A stretch of 64,000 bases of DNA from Marsupella aquatica (Eukaryota; Plantae; Marchantiophyta): NCBI GenBank assembly GCA_973895155.1, contig OZ316897.1, positions 12,833,375 through 12,897,374 on the forward strand. Direction: 5' to 3'. Of this stretch, positions 49,701 through 62,725 are shown piece after piece (positions within the stretch are counted from its first letter, which is position 1; the number at the start of each line of letters is the position of its first letter). The notes below the pieces were generated by a model. It worked only from the letters and a program-made list of their open reading frames with translations, ran no database searches and had not been told where the DNA came from. A program made the translations under genes and the position numbers.

Positions 49701-51575
49701 TGACCTCCAAGCAAAATCTCCAAATAGTATTATGCACAAACAGAATTATTTAATAGTACCCTAACTCTCCGAATAGTGTTATGCACACCCAAAATTAGTG
49801 TTACACTAATGTTGATTGAAGAGTAAACCCAAAAACCTTAAGCTACACAAATAGTGTTACAAAGGCTAATTGCTGTAAAAATTGGAGGTACCTAATCTCA
49901 GATCTCATTATTTTGGTAGAAGGCTGTCGGCATAAATCTAGCCTGGGTCTACAAATTAAATTCAAATTAATCACAAAATTAATTCATTTACCGGATTTCT
50001 CTTGAGTGAGACATATCATCAATGCTCCAAAACTGTTGTCACTTCGTCCGAGATTCAAAACGTCCAAGGCACTTAACCCTTGCATCTCATTATTGGGGCA
50101 AGTGGCAAGAAACAATTGGACGGAGAGCTGAGAACCATTACAGTGTAAGCAACTAAACAATAGCTTTACGCAATTTAAATGACCACAGTTGTCCAAGATC
50201 AAGAAGATAACGGACAAGGTCAAAAGCAAAAGAAGAAGTCTAGCAGAGAAGAGACAGAACATTTCCTGTCACAACTGTCGTCTCTAAATTTTCTATTCCA
50301 TCTTAGTTCTCCTGTCTCATCTTCTCTCCGATCATTTCTTTCTATTTATCGCACATGGTGTTATCATATCTTCACGAGCATCTTCCCACATGACGCCTGG
50401 CTGCATTATACAAGAGGTTGTTTTCAGAGACGAGTTTTGTATGAATAATCCGAAATTATGTATAACAAGAGCATCAAAATCACATGAGTGACACATTAAT
50501 CTGATTGCTGGATTGAAGTACTATAAACTATAACAGCCCTCTTGAGTTGGACAAAGACGACGCACAGATACTAATGCTCAATTAAAGTCTTCCGACCAGC
50601 AGCCAGTTTCGCCACAACATGACACGTCGACAAGGCTAAATATTTGAAGTCAGAGAACCGAGTTAACCCCGGTACTCTTCTACTGCAGCTTATCACATTT
50701 TTAAAAGCATGAAACGGTAGGCTTGCAAAAAATTAAAAGCAGGCAAATTAATTTCCAAACGAACACAACAATTCCTGAATGAATCGGGCCGCGAATTCTC
50801 TTCGTCAAATCAACTTTAGGATTATTCAAAAGGTTGCATCGCATTAAATTCAATATCACATCGAATACAATCCATTCAAACATGTTTATGCTGAAGAGCT
50901 TTCTGTCGTTTCGCCATAGTGCCAGTCCATGCTCTGACTGTCCATATAGCTCTTGTCATCTTGATGTCCGCCAAGGAGCGTGGGAGCGGAGCGGCACCAG
51001 GCCCGTGGGAGGGAAGAGGTTTCACATGACGACTGCCGTTGGCCATTGTTGGGAGTACTAGCGATGACATTTGATGCGGCTTGTCAGGGGAGAAACTCTA
51101 TGGGATGTCTTGTTCCGCAGCACCAACGATGTTGAATTAAGAATCGTTGAAGTGAAGGACATGCTCACCCACTCGCGGCAGCCGAGGAGACCTCAACTGT
51201 CCGACCCAGGTGTATCTATTGTAGCAGGTCCATCAGCCTCTTTGGAAGGGGGAGGGAGCAAGCCGCATGCATGCCTCCAGTCTGCTCCTCTCTGCTCCCG
51301 CAACGCTTGCTCTCGGTTATCTGTCGAAAGTGCTTTTAGCATCGATCGATCGATCGATGCATTGGAGCTGATCTCCATCTCAACTGTACTGGTCGGTGTT
51401 CTAGAATGAGGTCTGATGAGCGGATTGAGCTGGGAGAGCCCCTGCAAGTAATGATACACCTAGTACAGCTGAGGTGTAATCAGATCGATCGATCGATGGA
51501 TGCATTGTAGATGAATGAGATCGGTAGACTGATCTCAAGTGTATTGGTAGATGTTCTACAATGATACAATGAGGT

Positions 51576-51818
51576 CTGATCAGCTCATTCAGCTCGAAGA
51601 GGGAGTGCCTGGAAGTAATGATACCACCTGGTACAGTTCTGATCCTCACTCAGCTCGAAGAGGGAGTGCCTGGAAGTAATGATACCACCTGGTACAGTTC
51701 TGATCCTCACTCAGCTCGAAGAGGCAGTGCCTGGAAGTAATGATACCACCTGGTACAGTTCTGATCAGCTCATTCAGCTCGAAGAGGGAGTGCCTGGATG
51801 ATGATACCTGGTACAGTT
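51576..51818. repeat. Tandem repeat, 4 units of 61-63 bp
   Basis: Units start at 51576, 51639, 51700 and 51761 (ctgatc...cagctcgaagagggagtgcctggaagtaatgataccacctggtacagtt). Confidence 0.92.
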
Positions 51819-54506
51819 GCGGTGTAATCAGAGCGGCTTTATGCACTGTCCGACATAGTCATGCCCTGTCGGCCTGTCCTGCCTGTTGCTTGTCAGCTCC
51901 ATCCCCATTATGCCCACACACGAGACATTCAGGCACTTGAGTAGTTGACTTTTTTTCTTCAAAAAGCTTAGGTCCAGACTGAATACTAAATACAAAAGAA
52001 ACGTAAATATAAGTGAACGAAAAACTCCTTCCAAGAAAACATTCCTTGTTCACGGTCATTATGATTTGTCCCCATGGCCTCCACTTAGTCCTTACACTTA
52101 AGTGAGGAAGGCAGGGTTAGGTATTGCTCACACTCATAATGGTTTGTTCACTACACGTAATCCCTACACTAAGTGACGCAGGCAGGGTACGTAAATAGGT
52201 GAATAACAAAGGAAAAACATTCCTTTTTGTTCCCAATCATTATGATTTGTTCCCAAACATTATGATTTGTCCCCAATCCCTACACGTAATCCCGACACTT
52301 AAGTGACGCAGGCAGGGTTAAGGTCCTCTAATTCGGATAGACCTAAGCCATAAAAGCAAGTTTTATTGTGAATTATTACTAGTAATATTTCTTTATGTTT
52401 AAGTGTGTACTTTTAGAAACACAGTGTACAGTACACTGAAAAGTCAGTGCATACCAGGATTTGAATATTGATTAAGTTTATATGACTAAATTTGAGATAT
52501 GTGCTTATGGAACCTTGAAAGTTCTGTTACAATGTAGAGTCTATTTAGACAATTTATATCACTTTGAAAATGTACACAACTCATGTGCAAAAATGACTGT
52601 CTCCGTTCCAAGGAGGACCATATAGTGGGTCCCCATAAGTTATACAAGAACCCCATTCTGTTTCCGGTCTGTTTAGTAGTTTGTCTGGACATAATTCTTG
52701 CATTCTTGCAACTTGCGATGCTATGCTGTGCTAGGTGACCCCTTGTTTCACACTGTCTTCCTTTGAAAGAAAGCAGTCTACCTGCTTCTGCATACTATAT
52801 TTAACTTAGGCTTGATGTACACCTATTTATCATGCTGTCTGATGAATGGATTCCAAAGTAGATGAGGATTTGTGTGATCTCAAAGATGAATCAGAGATGA
52901 ATTTAAATCTGTCCCGGTAATTGCACATTGATATATGACAATATATGGTGTGCAATGTGACACCATGCCATCATATTTCTAATTGTTCTGTTAAATCACT
53001 AAGTGCAATAACCTAGACGCAATTCAGATTGGGTAAAAGACACTCTGATCTGGCTGCTTCAATTGTGATTTGGCCGCTTCAATGTGTAATTTTCTAGGTG
53101 TTAAAGGAGAGGCTCAATATTGTAGCAGTTAAATTGGATATAGAGTAGACAACTAAGTGAGGTCTCTAAATACACGCATTCATTAGCATTATTTGTTACT
53201 CCCATTTTACTAAAGTGTGGAATTCCACCTGAGAGCTCACCTGGGAGTTGAGCTTCTGGACACATTACCTTAAAGTACATAGATAATTTATGAGCATATC
53301 AACCCATCCTGGTCAAGGAGGTTTGGTTCCCTACTTAACAAGGGGAAATACCTTTTAAAATAATTCAGTAAACTGGAGCAGGTACACTCCAGGTTAATTA
53401 ACCTACATTACCCTTGTAATCAATCTCCTAACACTGCATATCCTCTTTGTGTCACCTCTCATATCAACTCATGACAACCTTCTCAAATTAGATGACTTCC
53501 TACAGGAAAACTGCCATTACCGTGGAATGCTGAGAATAAGTTTTGCTTGCAGGTTCACTTGGCTTCGAGTGGGATGAAAAAGCTAGAGGGAGGGATTCAG
53601 AGTATAAAACGAGGCAAAGGGCAGAAGAGAAGAGAATGTGCCCTGTGTTTGTTTGTGCAAGCAGGCAGCAGCAAATGGTGACAGCCTCTGATATACATCC
53701 CACCCATCTCTGAGGGTAGCTGAGCAGCATTTACATGATACTGTTTCCGTTTGTTTTGTGGTTTGTCTGGCCATAATTCTTGCAACTCGCTATGCTGTGC
53801 CATGTTAGGTTACTCCCTTGTTTCATGTTGAGTCTTCCTGTCAAAAGAGAACAGTGTTAATGCTTTTGCATAATACATGATTGACTTGCTGTACATCTCT
53901 CTATCATGCTTTCTGATGAATGGATTCCTAGCTTGATGAGGATTGTTGTGATCTCAACCATGAATCAAAGAAGAATTTAGATGGGGGGAGAAGTTAGTGT
54001 GATCTGGCTGCATCAGGTGTAAATTTCTGGGTGTCAGAACAGAGGCTCAATATTGTGACATTGAAATTAGATCAATATATTATAGAAACTAAGTGAGCTC
54101 TCTAAATATTACCTGTACAGTGTATATATGTATGCTGCAATCATTAGCATTAGTTGTTACTCCCATTTCATAGACAGCATTAACAGCCATAAATTTCCCC
54201 GCAGTTTTTCTCTCTTTACTATTTTGTCATCATTTATACATAGCAAAACATTAATTTATTTAAGAGTTTTATTACTTCTTTTTAAAATAAATTGTTTTTA
54301 AATTTTGATTATAATAAATATTACTTAAAATAACTTATTTATAACCCTAAATTTCTCCCAGCTGTTCAACCTTGAATAAACATCCTAACTATCCATCCAA
54401 CCATGATAAAATCTCTCTTGTATAATTACCACATTGACGTACTACATTTTGTGAAATGGTTGATGCTGCTATTTTACCCACTTGTGTGTTTTTCTGTCTC
54501 CAAAGG

Positions 54507-54569
54507 AAAGTTTCTATGGTGACAAAGTTTCTATGGTGACAAAGTTTCTATGGTGACAAAATTTCTATT
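54507..54569. repeat. 17-bp minisatellite, about 3.7 units
   Basis: aaagtttctatggtgac repeated. Confidence 0.9.
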
Positions 54570-56089
54570 GAAAGGAATTGGCTCTTCTTGGGCTTGTTAG
54601 AAGATGAGAGATCGCTCCAAAAAATTGAGTAGCTCTAGTTTTCATGGAGAATTATGAATTTCTAAAATCACTACATCACTCACTATTAACTTCATGCTTC
54701 CAAAAGTTTTCTAGCAATTAACTTTGACATTTAGTATCTTCTGGCTTTGATGTTCTATTCAATGTTATTGTTTGGGTTAGTGATCTTTCCAATGAAACAT
54801 TGTTTCGTGTAGTTAGTGTGACTAACACAAATTGTGTAGCTCGGGAAAATTTGAATCCATCTTGAAGTAGTCTTACTAAAACTAACTCTGTATTAACAGT
54901 GATTGCAAGTGATTCAATTAGTAGTGTTACAAGTAACACTGATTATGGAAATCCGCTCACATTAAACATGGTGTGGCAATTGATAGCAAAAAGGTTGCAT
55001 GAAACCATGAATCTTCTTTGTAGGAGTAGTCACACTATTTGGGTGTGAAAAATGTGAGTTGACAGTGGTATGGAATTGGTTGAATTTGTGGACAAATGGC
55101 ATAGAGAAAACATACATTAGATTGAGAGAGCCTAACTAAACCATTAGATGCACATTAATCATTCATTCATAAAACATTCCAGTGACTGTGTGTTCTCAAA
55201 GGAATTATTGATTTTTGTGCTATGTTAGTATGTTCCGTAATTAGTGTTATTTGAGCTCCAATACTCCTCTACTCACATATTAGTCATACTCACACTATTG
55301 ATAGTGTCACACTTTCCATAGTAACACTACCTACGGCAAACAGTGTAGTAATGTTGTTGATTTTTGTTGAGAACTCAAGGACCTACAAATTTTCAAAGAT
55401 GTCTCGTTTTCTTGGAGGTATTTGCTTGATCCACCCCCAAAATGAAGCTTGTTACTTGATCAACCCCCTGAGGTCTATCAACGGTCCAGATCTGAGATCG
55501 AAAGGTCCATATGGTCCAGATTGGGGAAAAGTATTGAGGGGGTTGATTAAACAAATTTTTTCCATATGGGGGTCTATTAAGCATATCTCTCTCAGTTTGA
55601 GGTATTTGCTTGATGTCTTGTCCCATTTTATTCATCCGTGTAATCCATACTATAGGAGCCGACAGAGACGGTTTGCTGCAATCCATCTGGGTTGCAAAAA
55701 TCTAACATCTGAATCTTTAGCGATGACTCACACTAATCTGTGTGAACATCTCATTTGTCTTCGCTTAATTCTACGGTACCGTCATGATGCCAATAAATTG
55801 GTTGGTGCTATTGTAAAGCCCAATGCATATGTACACTGTGATGTATAATGCAAAAAGTTACCAAATACTGACATGTACCTCGCTTGGCTACAGTAGCAGA
55901 GCAGAGCACCATACCCGACGCCGGTATACCAGCTGAGCACCGTACCAGAAACAGCTATAGCGGGTGAGGACTGAGGACCATCGTCGCTGCGCTTTTGCAC
56001 CCCTGTATAACGGGTGAGCGCCACCGCGGCCCCCGGGTATTGTATAGCCGCCGGATTGATCAGTACCAGCCGAGCAGCGTACATACCCG

Positions 56090-59000
56090 ATATAGCAGCA
56101 GAGCACCATACCACAGCCCTCAGTACACACGTTGTGGAACTTTCGTTTCTTGTAAGACATCCTCGGATTCGGCACTTCCAGCTTTGCAATGCGTGCTTAT
56201 TCTCAATTTCATAATCGATCCTAGAGAAGAAATTCAAGCACTTTCAGCTATGCGAAATTCATGCACTTTCAGCTAACTTGGTTTCGATTCCATAATCGTA
56301 GAGCAGATATTCGATTCATTTGACCTCATCCAAATGCTATGCGAGTGCTCAAGTCACCTCTCGTTGTTGCTGGTGCATGCTGCAGGAGCGTAACGCCAGT
56401 TGACTGCCTGTGCTCTCTCCTGCTTCGCTCAGTCTCTGGGAGCGCTCTATTGACTCGAAGGCAACCTAAGGCGCCAGGAGTTGGTCCAGACGCCACAAGT
56501 GTACTTGGCAGTTTAGTCCCTCACACGGCGGCTTCGTCATACCAGGTGTTCCGCCGACTCTCGTCTATTATTTCAAGCTAACCTCAGTTTTATTATGGTC
56601 GTGCTTTAGCAATCTCTGTTGCCAGATGAGTCCCTCCATTGGCTTTGAATGGATTGAAAGAGTACAGCAGACTTGACCATCCTCTAAGATTCTTCGTTCT
56701 AGCATCGTCGTCTTGTGAGGAATCTGTGTTGCTAGGTGAGTCCTTCCATTACCTTTGAATGGATTGAAAGAATACAGCAAGCGCGACAAGCCTGTAAAAT
56801 CCTTAGTACCGTCGGTCATTTGGGCCACTTTTTTGTTCTTTCAGACGCACGAGTGTTTTCCCTTCCAGACGCACGAGTTCCTAAAAACTTTTGGCGGTTT
56901 TGGAAGGAAAAATCCGTTTTCTAAGAACTTGTGGTGCATCGCCGTGCTTGAGGCTTTTGGCCATTTGTTTGCATTTCTGTCAATATGGTGCTCTCGCTCT
57001 TCAATGGAATGACTTGCACCCGATCGATCGACTGGGCATATGTAGACCACTAAACTCTAGACGCCACGGGAAGCGCTTCCCTTGGAGTTCGGACCAAAGT
57101 TTGCACATGTCACTGCTGGTCCTGCCTGCTGGACAAGTATCGCGGCGCTGTATTGTGGTACTTGCATGTGAACTTTCCTGGTGCTCACTTTCATCTCAGC
57201 TGGAGAGCTAACCGCTACTTGACTTGACTTGAATCTGGAAATCTGTTCATATTGGGCTCAGCTTCTACTTGACTTGAATCTGGGAACCCCGTCCGTTGTT
57301 CGTTTTGCCCGGCTTCCGATTTGAGTTTCGGAATGCTGGATCTTACATTTCACAGACCCTTTACACATTTGGACAGCAAAACCACCGCTCACCGCTCTGC
57401 CCCTCACTTGCTCCAAGAATTCTCAATTCTAACGTACGTATGGACGTATGAGTCTACCCCGCGGTCGTACAGGAGGACCGAATACGCGTTCGGACACACT
57501 GGATTCGGGCCTTCACATTCACTTTATTCGGCCCTTCATATCCACTCCATACTGTTATATCCAGTTGATTATTGGCACCATTCTGGTTGTCCTCGACTTC
57601 CGTGTGGCTAGGACAGTACCGTAAAGATAAAGTTCTCTTTTCAATGTTTCTTTCGAGATATGGTTACTTTATGAAAGAATAAGGTCCAAAAAGCTTACGT
57701 AAAGGACACCGATGTGTTTGGGAGACGACATCTCTTTCCTAACGGGGGCTGGAGTGTGGGATCGTTGAAGACGTGAACTTGCTTCCTAACTCCCTGCCTT
57801 GTGGAAGCGGGCGCGCCTTCGATCTGGGTCCGATGATCAAGGAACCTTGGAGGGCAGGCTTCTGTAGCCGCTGCTACTGCGGGACTTCGCTCCAAAATTA
57901 ATTCGCACTAAACAAACCTATCGAAAACAACGCTAGGGAAGATCTCGGGCAATCAAGCTCCAGTGAGGATCGGGGTCGAAAGAGATTCGGGATATGTGCT
58001 ACTCATGCGACTGCAATGAAAGATTCCAGCCATCACACAAGCGAAAGCTTCTGATCGAGTGTTAGATTGTATGCGCTCGTGCAGCTAATGTACTGTAGAA
58101 ATTCTGTTTAGTTTCTCCAGGATGCGGCTGGGCATGTAATCGTCACGGAATCGGACCCTGTTCATGTAGGATTGTTTATTAGCGTGAGGGTTCATGGCTT
58201 ACACATGCATTTGTCGGTTGCGCTGTTGGAGGGTCGTCAGGTTGGCAGGAATATTAATCTTAATTGATTTTAATTTCCACTCTCGAAAAATTTTGTCCGT
58301 CGAGTTCGGTTTTGACGGTTGTGGAGAAGGAACGTTTGGCACTACTTTGCTGCTATAGCTGTAGTGTTGCTCAATGTTTACGTTCAGAAACATTTTCAAT
58401 GGTTAAGTAAACGTACGTGAGACAAAGATATCCCGCGAGTTTCAATATTTGTGCTGACTGGGTTGAAACCTTTTATGTCGTCAGGTGAAGAAGACTCCTC
58501 AGTGAACATGGATCCAAACGTCTGGAACATAATGCTAAATGTCCTGTCCGACTGCATCTTTGAATTCTTGAAGTTCGTCTTGACATGGGTTATTGCGAAC
58601 CGCATTATGTGGTTTGCAGTAATTAGACAGTTATTTGGACGTCAAGCGCAGCCAGGAGAGGCTCAAGAGCATCCAGGAGAAGCTCAGCAGCAGCCAGGAG
58701 AGTAAACAGGCGTGCCTTAGTTCAGAGTATACCCATGCAAAGAAGAACTCACTGGAGTAATTTAAGACGCCAAACCAGAAATTTAGCTGCAACATTGACT
58801 GGTCAATGATTACTTTCATATATACAGATTGAGTTCTTGGAAGTTGGACTCCTTTCAGAGCGCTTCATGGCTACTGTGCTGACATGCAAGAGGGCATAAA
58901 ATCATCATACATGTGTCCTTTCTTAATTTATGAAAGTTTGTGATCCATCGTGTCTTTTGATTTCTTCATCAACAGATTTGTTTGGTAGCTTACAATGGGC

Positions 59001-59235
59001 CTTGGTAGAAGGTATATTATGAATGGAAATGGAGTTTACGAAGTTCTCCACCTATTGAGATCTAGCTACTTGCTGAGTTCCAAGGAAATTAAATAGTTTG
59101 CAACACATGAGTGAAACTCTCCGTCATAATAAAAGACTGGACATTGGTTCAGTCATTTAATCGATAGGCAAGTGCAAATTAAGCCGGCCAAGAAAATTAG
59201 CCAATCCTCATTGTAGCAATTAATAGTAGATCTTG
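56090..59235 (-). repeat. Inverted copy of the distal ADH cassette (no ADH)
   Basis: Colinear with 43280-45240 and with the reverse complement of about 2430-3250 and 4150-5730. Confidence 0.8.
58508..58705 (+). CDS. Small orphan membrane protein, copy 5 (65 aa)
   Basis: MDPNVWNIMLNVLSDCIFEFLKFVLTWVIANRIMWFAVIRQLFGRQAQPGEAQEHPGEAQQQPGE*; deletions relative to copy 1 are in frame. Confidence 0.6.
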   Translation: MDPNVWNIMLNVLSDCIFEFLKFVLTWVIANRIMWFAVIRQLFGRQAQPGEAQEHPGEAQQQPGE

Positions 59236-59422
59236 TGACCTCACCTCCTCCCCCTCACGTCTGAGGTCGCCGCAATTCATAATCAAAAGCAAATAACAGG
59301 CCTAGGTCGTGCTCATCAGGTCCCCGCTGAAACCTTGTCGACAACTAGGGCTTATTCGACTTGAGCCTATTCCCCTCTATGACTCAACTGTCAATGTCTT
59401 CCAGACAAGACCCTGGTCTATA

Positions 59423-59940
59423 TTTATAGTGTGGCGCTCCAATCCTTTGGCCAAACCGGCTGAGTCGCCACAAGTGAGTGAAGAAATATATGAGAAACCT
59501 GGCAACAGTGGAACGAAAACGGAATCGACGAAAACCTTCACGCCAAAGCTAACTTCTATGTACCTAGGCTGTAATGCGACTCGGCAACCTGGTCGATTCT
59601 GCTCAGTGTTACTGTGAACCGAGATCCACAATTTCTCGACGTTGACGTAGAGCATCTACAAATTCTCGACGTTGGGACAGGAGCCTCGATTTCTCGGGAA
59701 CGCCGCTCGGAACTTGCGACCCAGCCAACTCAGCCGTGGAGACCGTCATCGTTGCTGGACCAATATTCACCTTTAATAGTGTGGCGCTCCAATCCTCCGT
59801 CGACACCGTCTGAGTCGACAGAAATGAATCGAGAACCACATAAGAAACCTGGCAACAGTGGAACGAAAACGGAATCGACGAAAACCTTCACGCAGCAGCT
59901 AAGTTTTAAGTATGTACTCAGTCATGCGACTCGGGAACCC
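59423..59940. repeat. Direct duplication of about 165 bp with a 350-bp period
   Basis: atagtgtggcgctccaatcct...aacagtggaacgaaaacggaatcgacgaaaaccttcacgc at 59426 and 59776. Confidence 0.85.
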
Positions 59941-61703
59941 ATAAGGATGCTACATTCAGATGACTGCCGAGCCTCACAATGGCTGACCAAAATTCACTCC
60001 TGTCGTCCTATTCAAGTCACACGAGTCTTGAAAGTGCCTTTATGGCACTGGCAGACTGCATGACTCATGCCTTTTCTTAATCTCTTGCTTTCTTCTTCGT
60101 GCGCGAGAATTGGACCCACGAATTTATAATACGTCCCGGTGGACCCCCCCCCCCCCCGTCAGACAGTCGGACGTACTACAGCATAGTCCTTCCATGCTAC
60201 ATATAAGTGTACTTTATTTTTAGCATGGACTTTCAGAGTACTTCCGAAAGGAGCTCACAAAGAGCATTGAAAATGGTACGTATCATAAATTCGTGGCACA
60301 GGTCTCGAGCATAAAGTCTTTTGAGGTGCCATTAATAGTGCCTAGTTGGCTACCTCCCAAATGTCGCTTTTCGTTGCTAGCCACTCCTAAGTCCGCCACC
60401 TGCTGAGGGGACATAAATTCAGAGTCAGGAGCTCTCGCACGGATGGGCTGTCTTGCCTCCCAAGACTCTGTTGGGATGTACTTGATAGCCAGTGTGCTGC
60501 TTGCTAGAGATCAAGCTCACAGAGGAGATTTGCCCCACCTTGCGGCGGAAGTAAGATCCCGCCGATCCGGTTTCCGTGGCTGAGAAAATCTCTGGTCTCC
60601 GTGAGGAGAGTGATGGATAAAGCGAGAAAAATTATTATGACGACAAAAGATGCTGATGCTTTCCCTTTATGGGAAGTTAGTATACAGTATACCAATCTAT
60701 GCGTTGAAATATAACATAATAGGGCGTGTCAAACTATAACATAGTAGGGTGTGTAAAGTTCTCCCATAACCATGTTACTATTTTTATTTTTTGGATGTAT
60801 TATCTTTATTGGGTACATATTTTGGTAGCCTATAATAAATCTATGATGACTATAAGAATGTTTTTTGTCCTGAACTGTAACTCAATTCCAATTGTGTTTT
60901 GACACGCCCTAATGAAACTATACATAAGGGATAAGGGGCTGATCTTAATATTACCGTAAATTGCATGAAAGGAGAACGGGTCCAAGACTTCTTTCTTTTT
61001 TACATTCTTTTTTTCTACCATGAGACTTTGCTCCACAATTATAAGAAAAGTACTAAAATTGGTGAAATCTGGTGTTTCTGTCATGGCCAGTGACTCTTTA
61101 ACCGTTGTTAAACATTGACAAAACTTATTTTACTTTGTGACAGCATAGTGAATACCCAATTATTGCACTAGGGAAAACACTAGGCTAGCAGACCATATAT
61201 TCATAGACTTATGTGTCAGGGTATGAATGAACCAAAAACTGCAAGGAAACCCAGACAACTATTCTACCAGAGCCGGTCAATTTGGTTGCTTGTGATGATT
61301 TCTTGTGAGACTATATTGCATAGTTGGACATTGATGAAGTTTGGAATGGCCCCACTTCTGCATAGGTATGGCACTGAGTACAATTCATTCTTCAGAATGC
61401 GGCCTTCACCAGAAACAGTGTGATTCATCTCCAGCCCATATTTTTGTTGGAGAGCCTCGACTGGAGGAATGGGATGTATGGGTGAAACTGTACGTGGCAC
61501 AACCTGAGGGCTGTTGTTTGCCGGCGCATTTGGAAGGTCACTTGGTTTCGGTCAAGGTGATGCGGAGTCTTGCAAGATCCCTGGTCTTTTGCTCTTCTTC
61601 GGGTCAGTCATCTTGCACAAATATTTCTTGTACTCTAAAAGAAACAATTTGAAAAAGTGTGACTAGCTGGACTTAATTTTTAGTTTTCTATTTCTTTTTC
61701 CAA

Positions 61704-61797
61704 ATTTAAGCTGCTCACGCATGGATTCATATGTATCAGTTTATTGAAAGAGAGTCCTACACGAATCCATATGAATACATGCGTGAGCAGCTCAAAT
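61704..61797. other. Inverted repeat / hairpin with arms of about 33 bp
   Basis: atttaagctgctcacgcatggattcatatgtat pairs with atccatatgaatacatgcgtgagcagctcaaat, with 3 mismatches. Confidence 0.75.
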
Positions 61798-62149
61798 GTG
61801 CATGGATTCATATGAATACGGATTCTGCACAGACCAAAATGCCTCCTCCCCAAGAGTCTCAGGGTTCATCTGCATTGGGCAAAAAGAAATTAGAAAGCAC
61901 TACCACTTGAATTTGGAATCTACATGCTGATGCTCATGATTTCAAGAGCCATACCAATGAAATTTCGCATTAAGGTTTTAGTGCTCATTTTTGGCAATTA
62001 GCAATAACTTTTATTCGGCCAAGCCGTATGTACCTCCATGGTGCTCACTTTCCCATTTACACAGCTTTTTAAGACCCTTTGAATTTAGGATAGAATACAC
62101 AAAACTAGATTCAGAATAAACACACTTCAATGTGGCCAAAGACACATCC

Positions 62150-62725
62150 TACCAAGAGGAATAATTCAAATACACGGAGTGTAGGGAGACCCTGGATTCA
62201 CTATTTTTTTTCCCCCAAGCCGTTCAGATGTAGAGGTAGGTGGTAACTTGCATTCAACATGCATGAGGAGGAGGTGATGATCTGGAAATGTCAGAGAGTG
62301 GTGCATTTACTGCAGGGTTCAATGGCAGGGAGAAACCTTCACGCCTTCGCCCCTCATGAGAGGTGGCCAGTTGTCAACCGTGTGGAGTTCAAGTTTAGCA
62401 ATTTTTTAAGCGGACCCCTCCATATGGCCGAGGACACATCTTACCAGGAGGAAGGATTCAAATACGCAGAGGGAAGGGAGACCTTGCATTCTCTATTAGT
62501 TTCCCAGCCGTTAAGATATAGGTGGTAGCTTGGATTCTCTATTATTTCCCCCAAGCAGCTAAGACATAGGTGGTAACTTGCATGCAACATCCATGAGGAG
62601 GAGGTGGAGAGCTGGGAAATGTCAGAGAAGTCTGGTGACTTTACTGCAGGGGCCAATGGCAGAGAGAGGCAACTTCACGCCCTCACCACTCAGGAGGGGG
62701 TCATTTGTCAACCGCGTCCAATTTT
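62150..62725. repeat. Diverged tandem duplication of about 290 bp
   Basis: attcaaatac..agggagacc..ccgtt.agat..ggtggtaacttgca..catgaggaggaggtg..ggaaatgtcaga occurs twice. Confidence 0.7.

Noticed and set aside
51576-51818. Regular arrays of about 61-71 bp (also 5746-5957) as CRISPR arrays
   Set aside because: Units are repeated in full with no unique spacers, there are no cas genes, and the context is eukaryotic.
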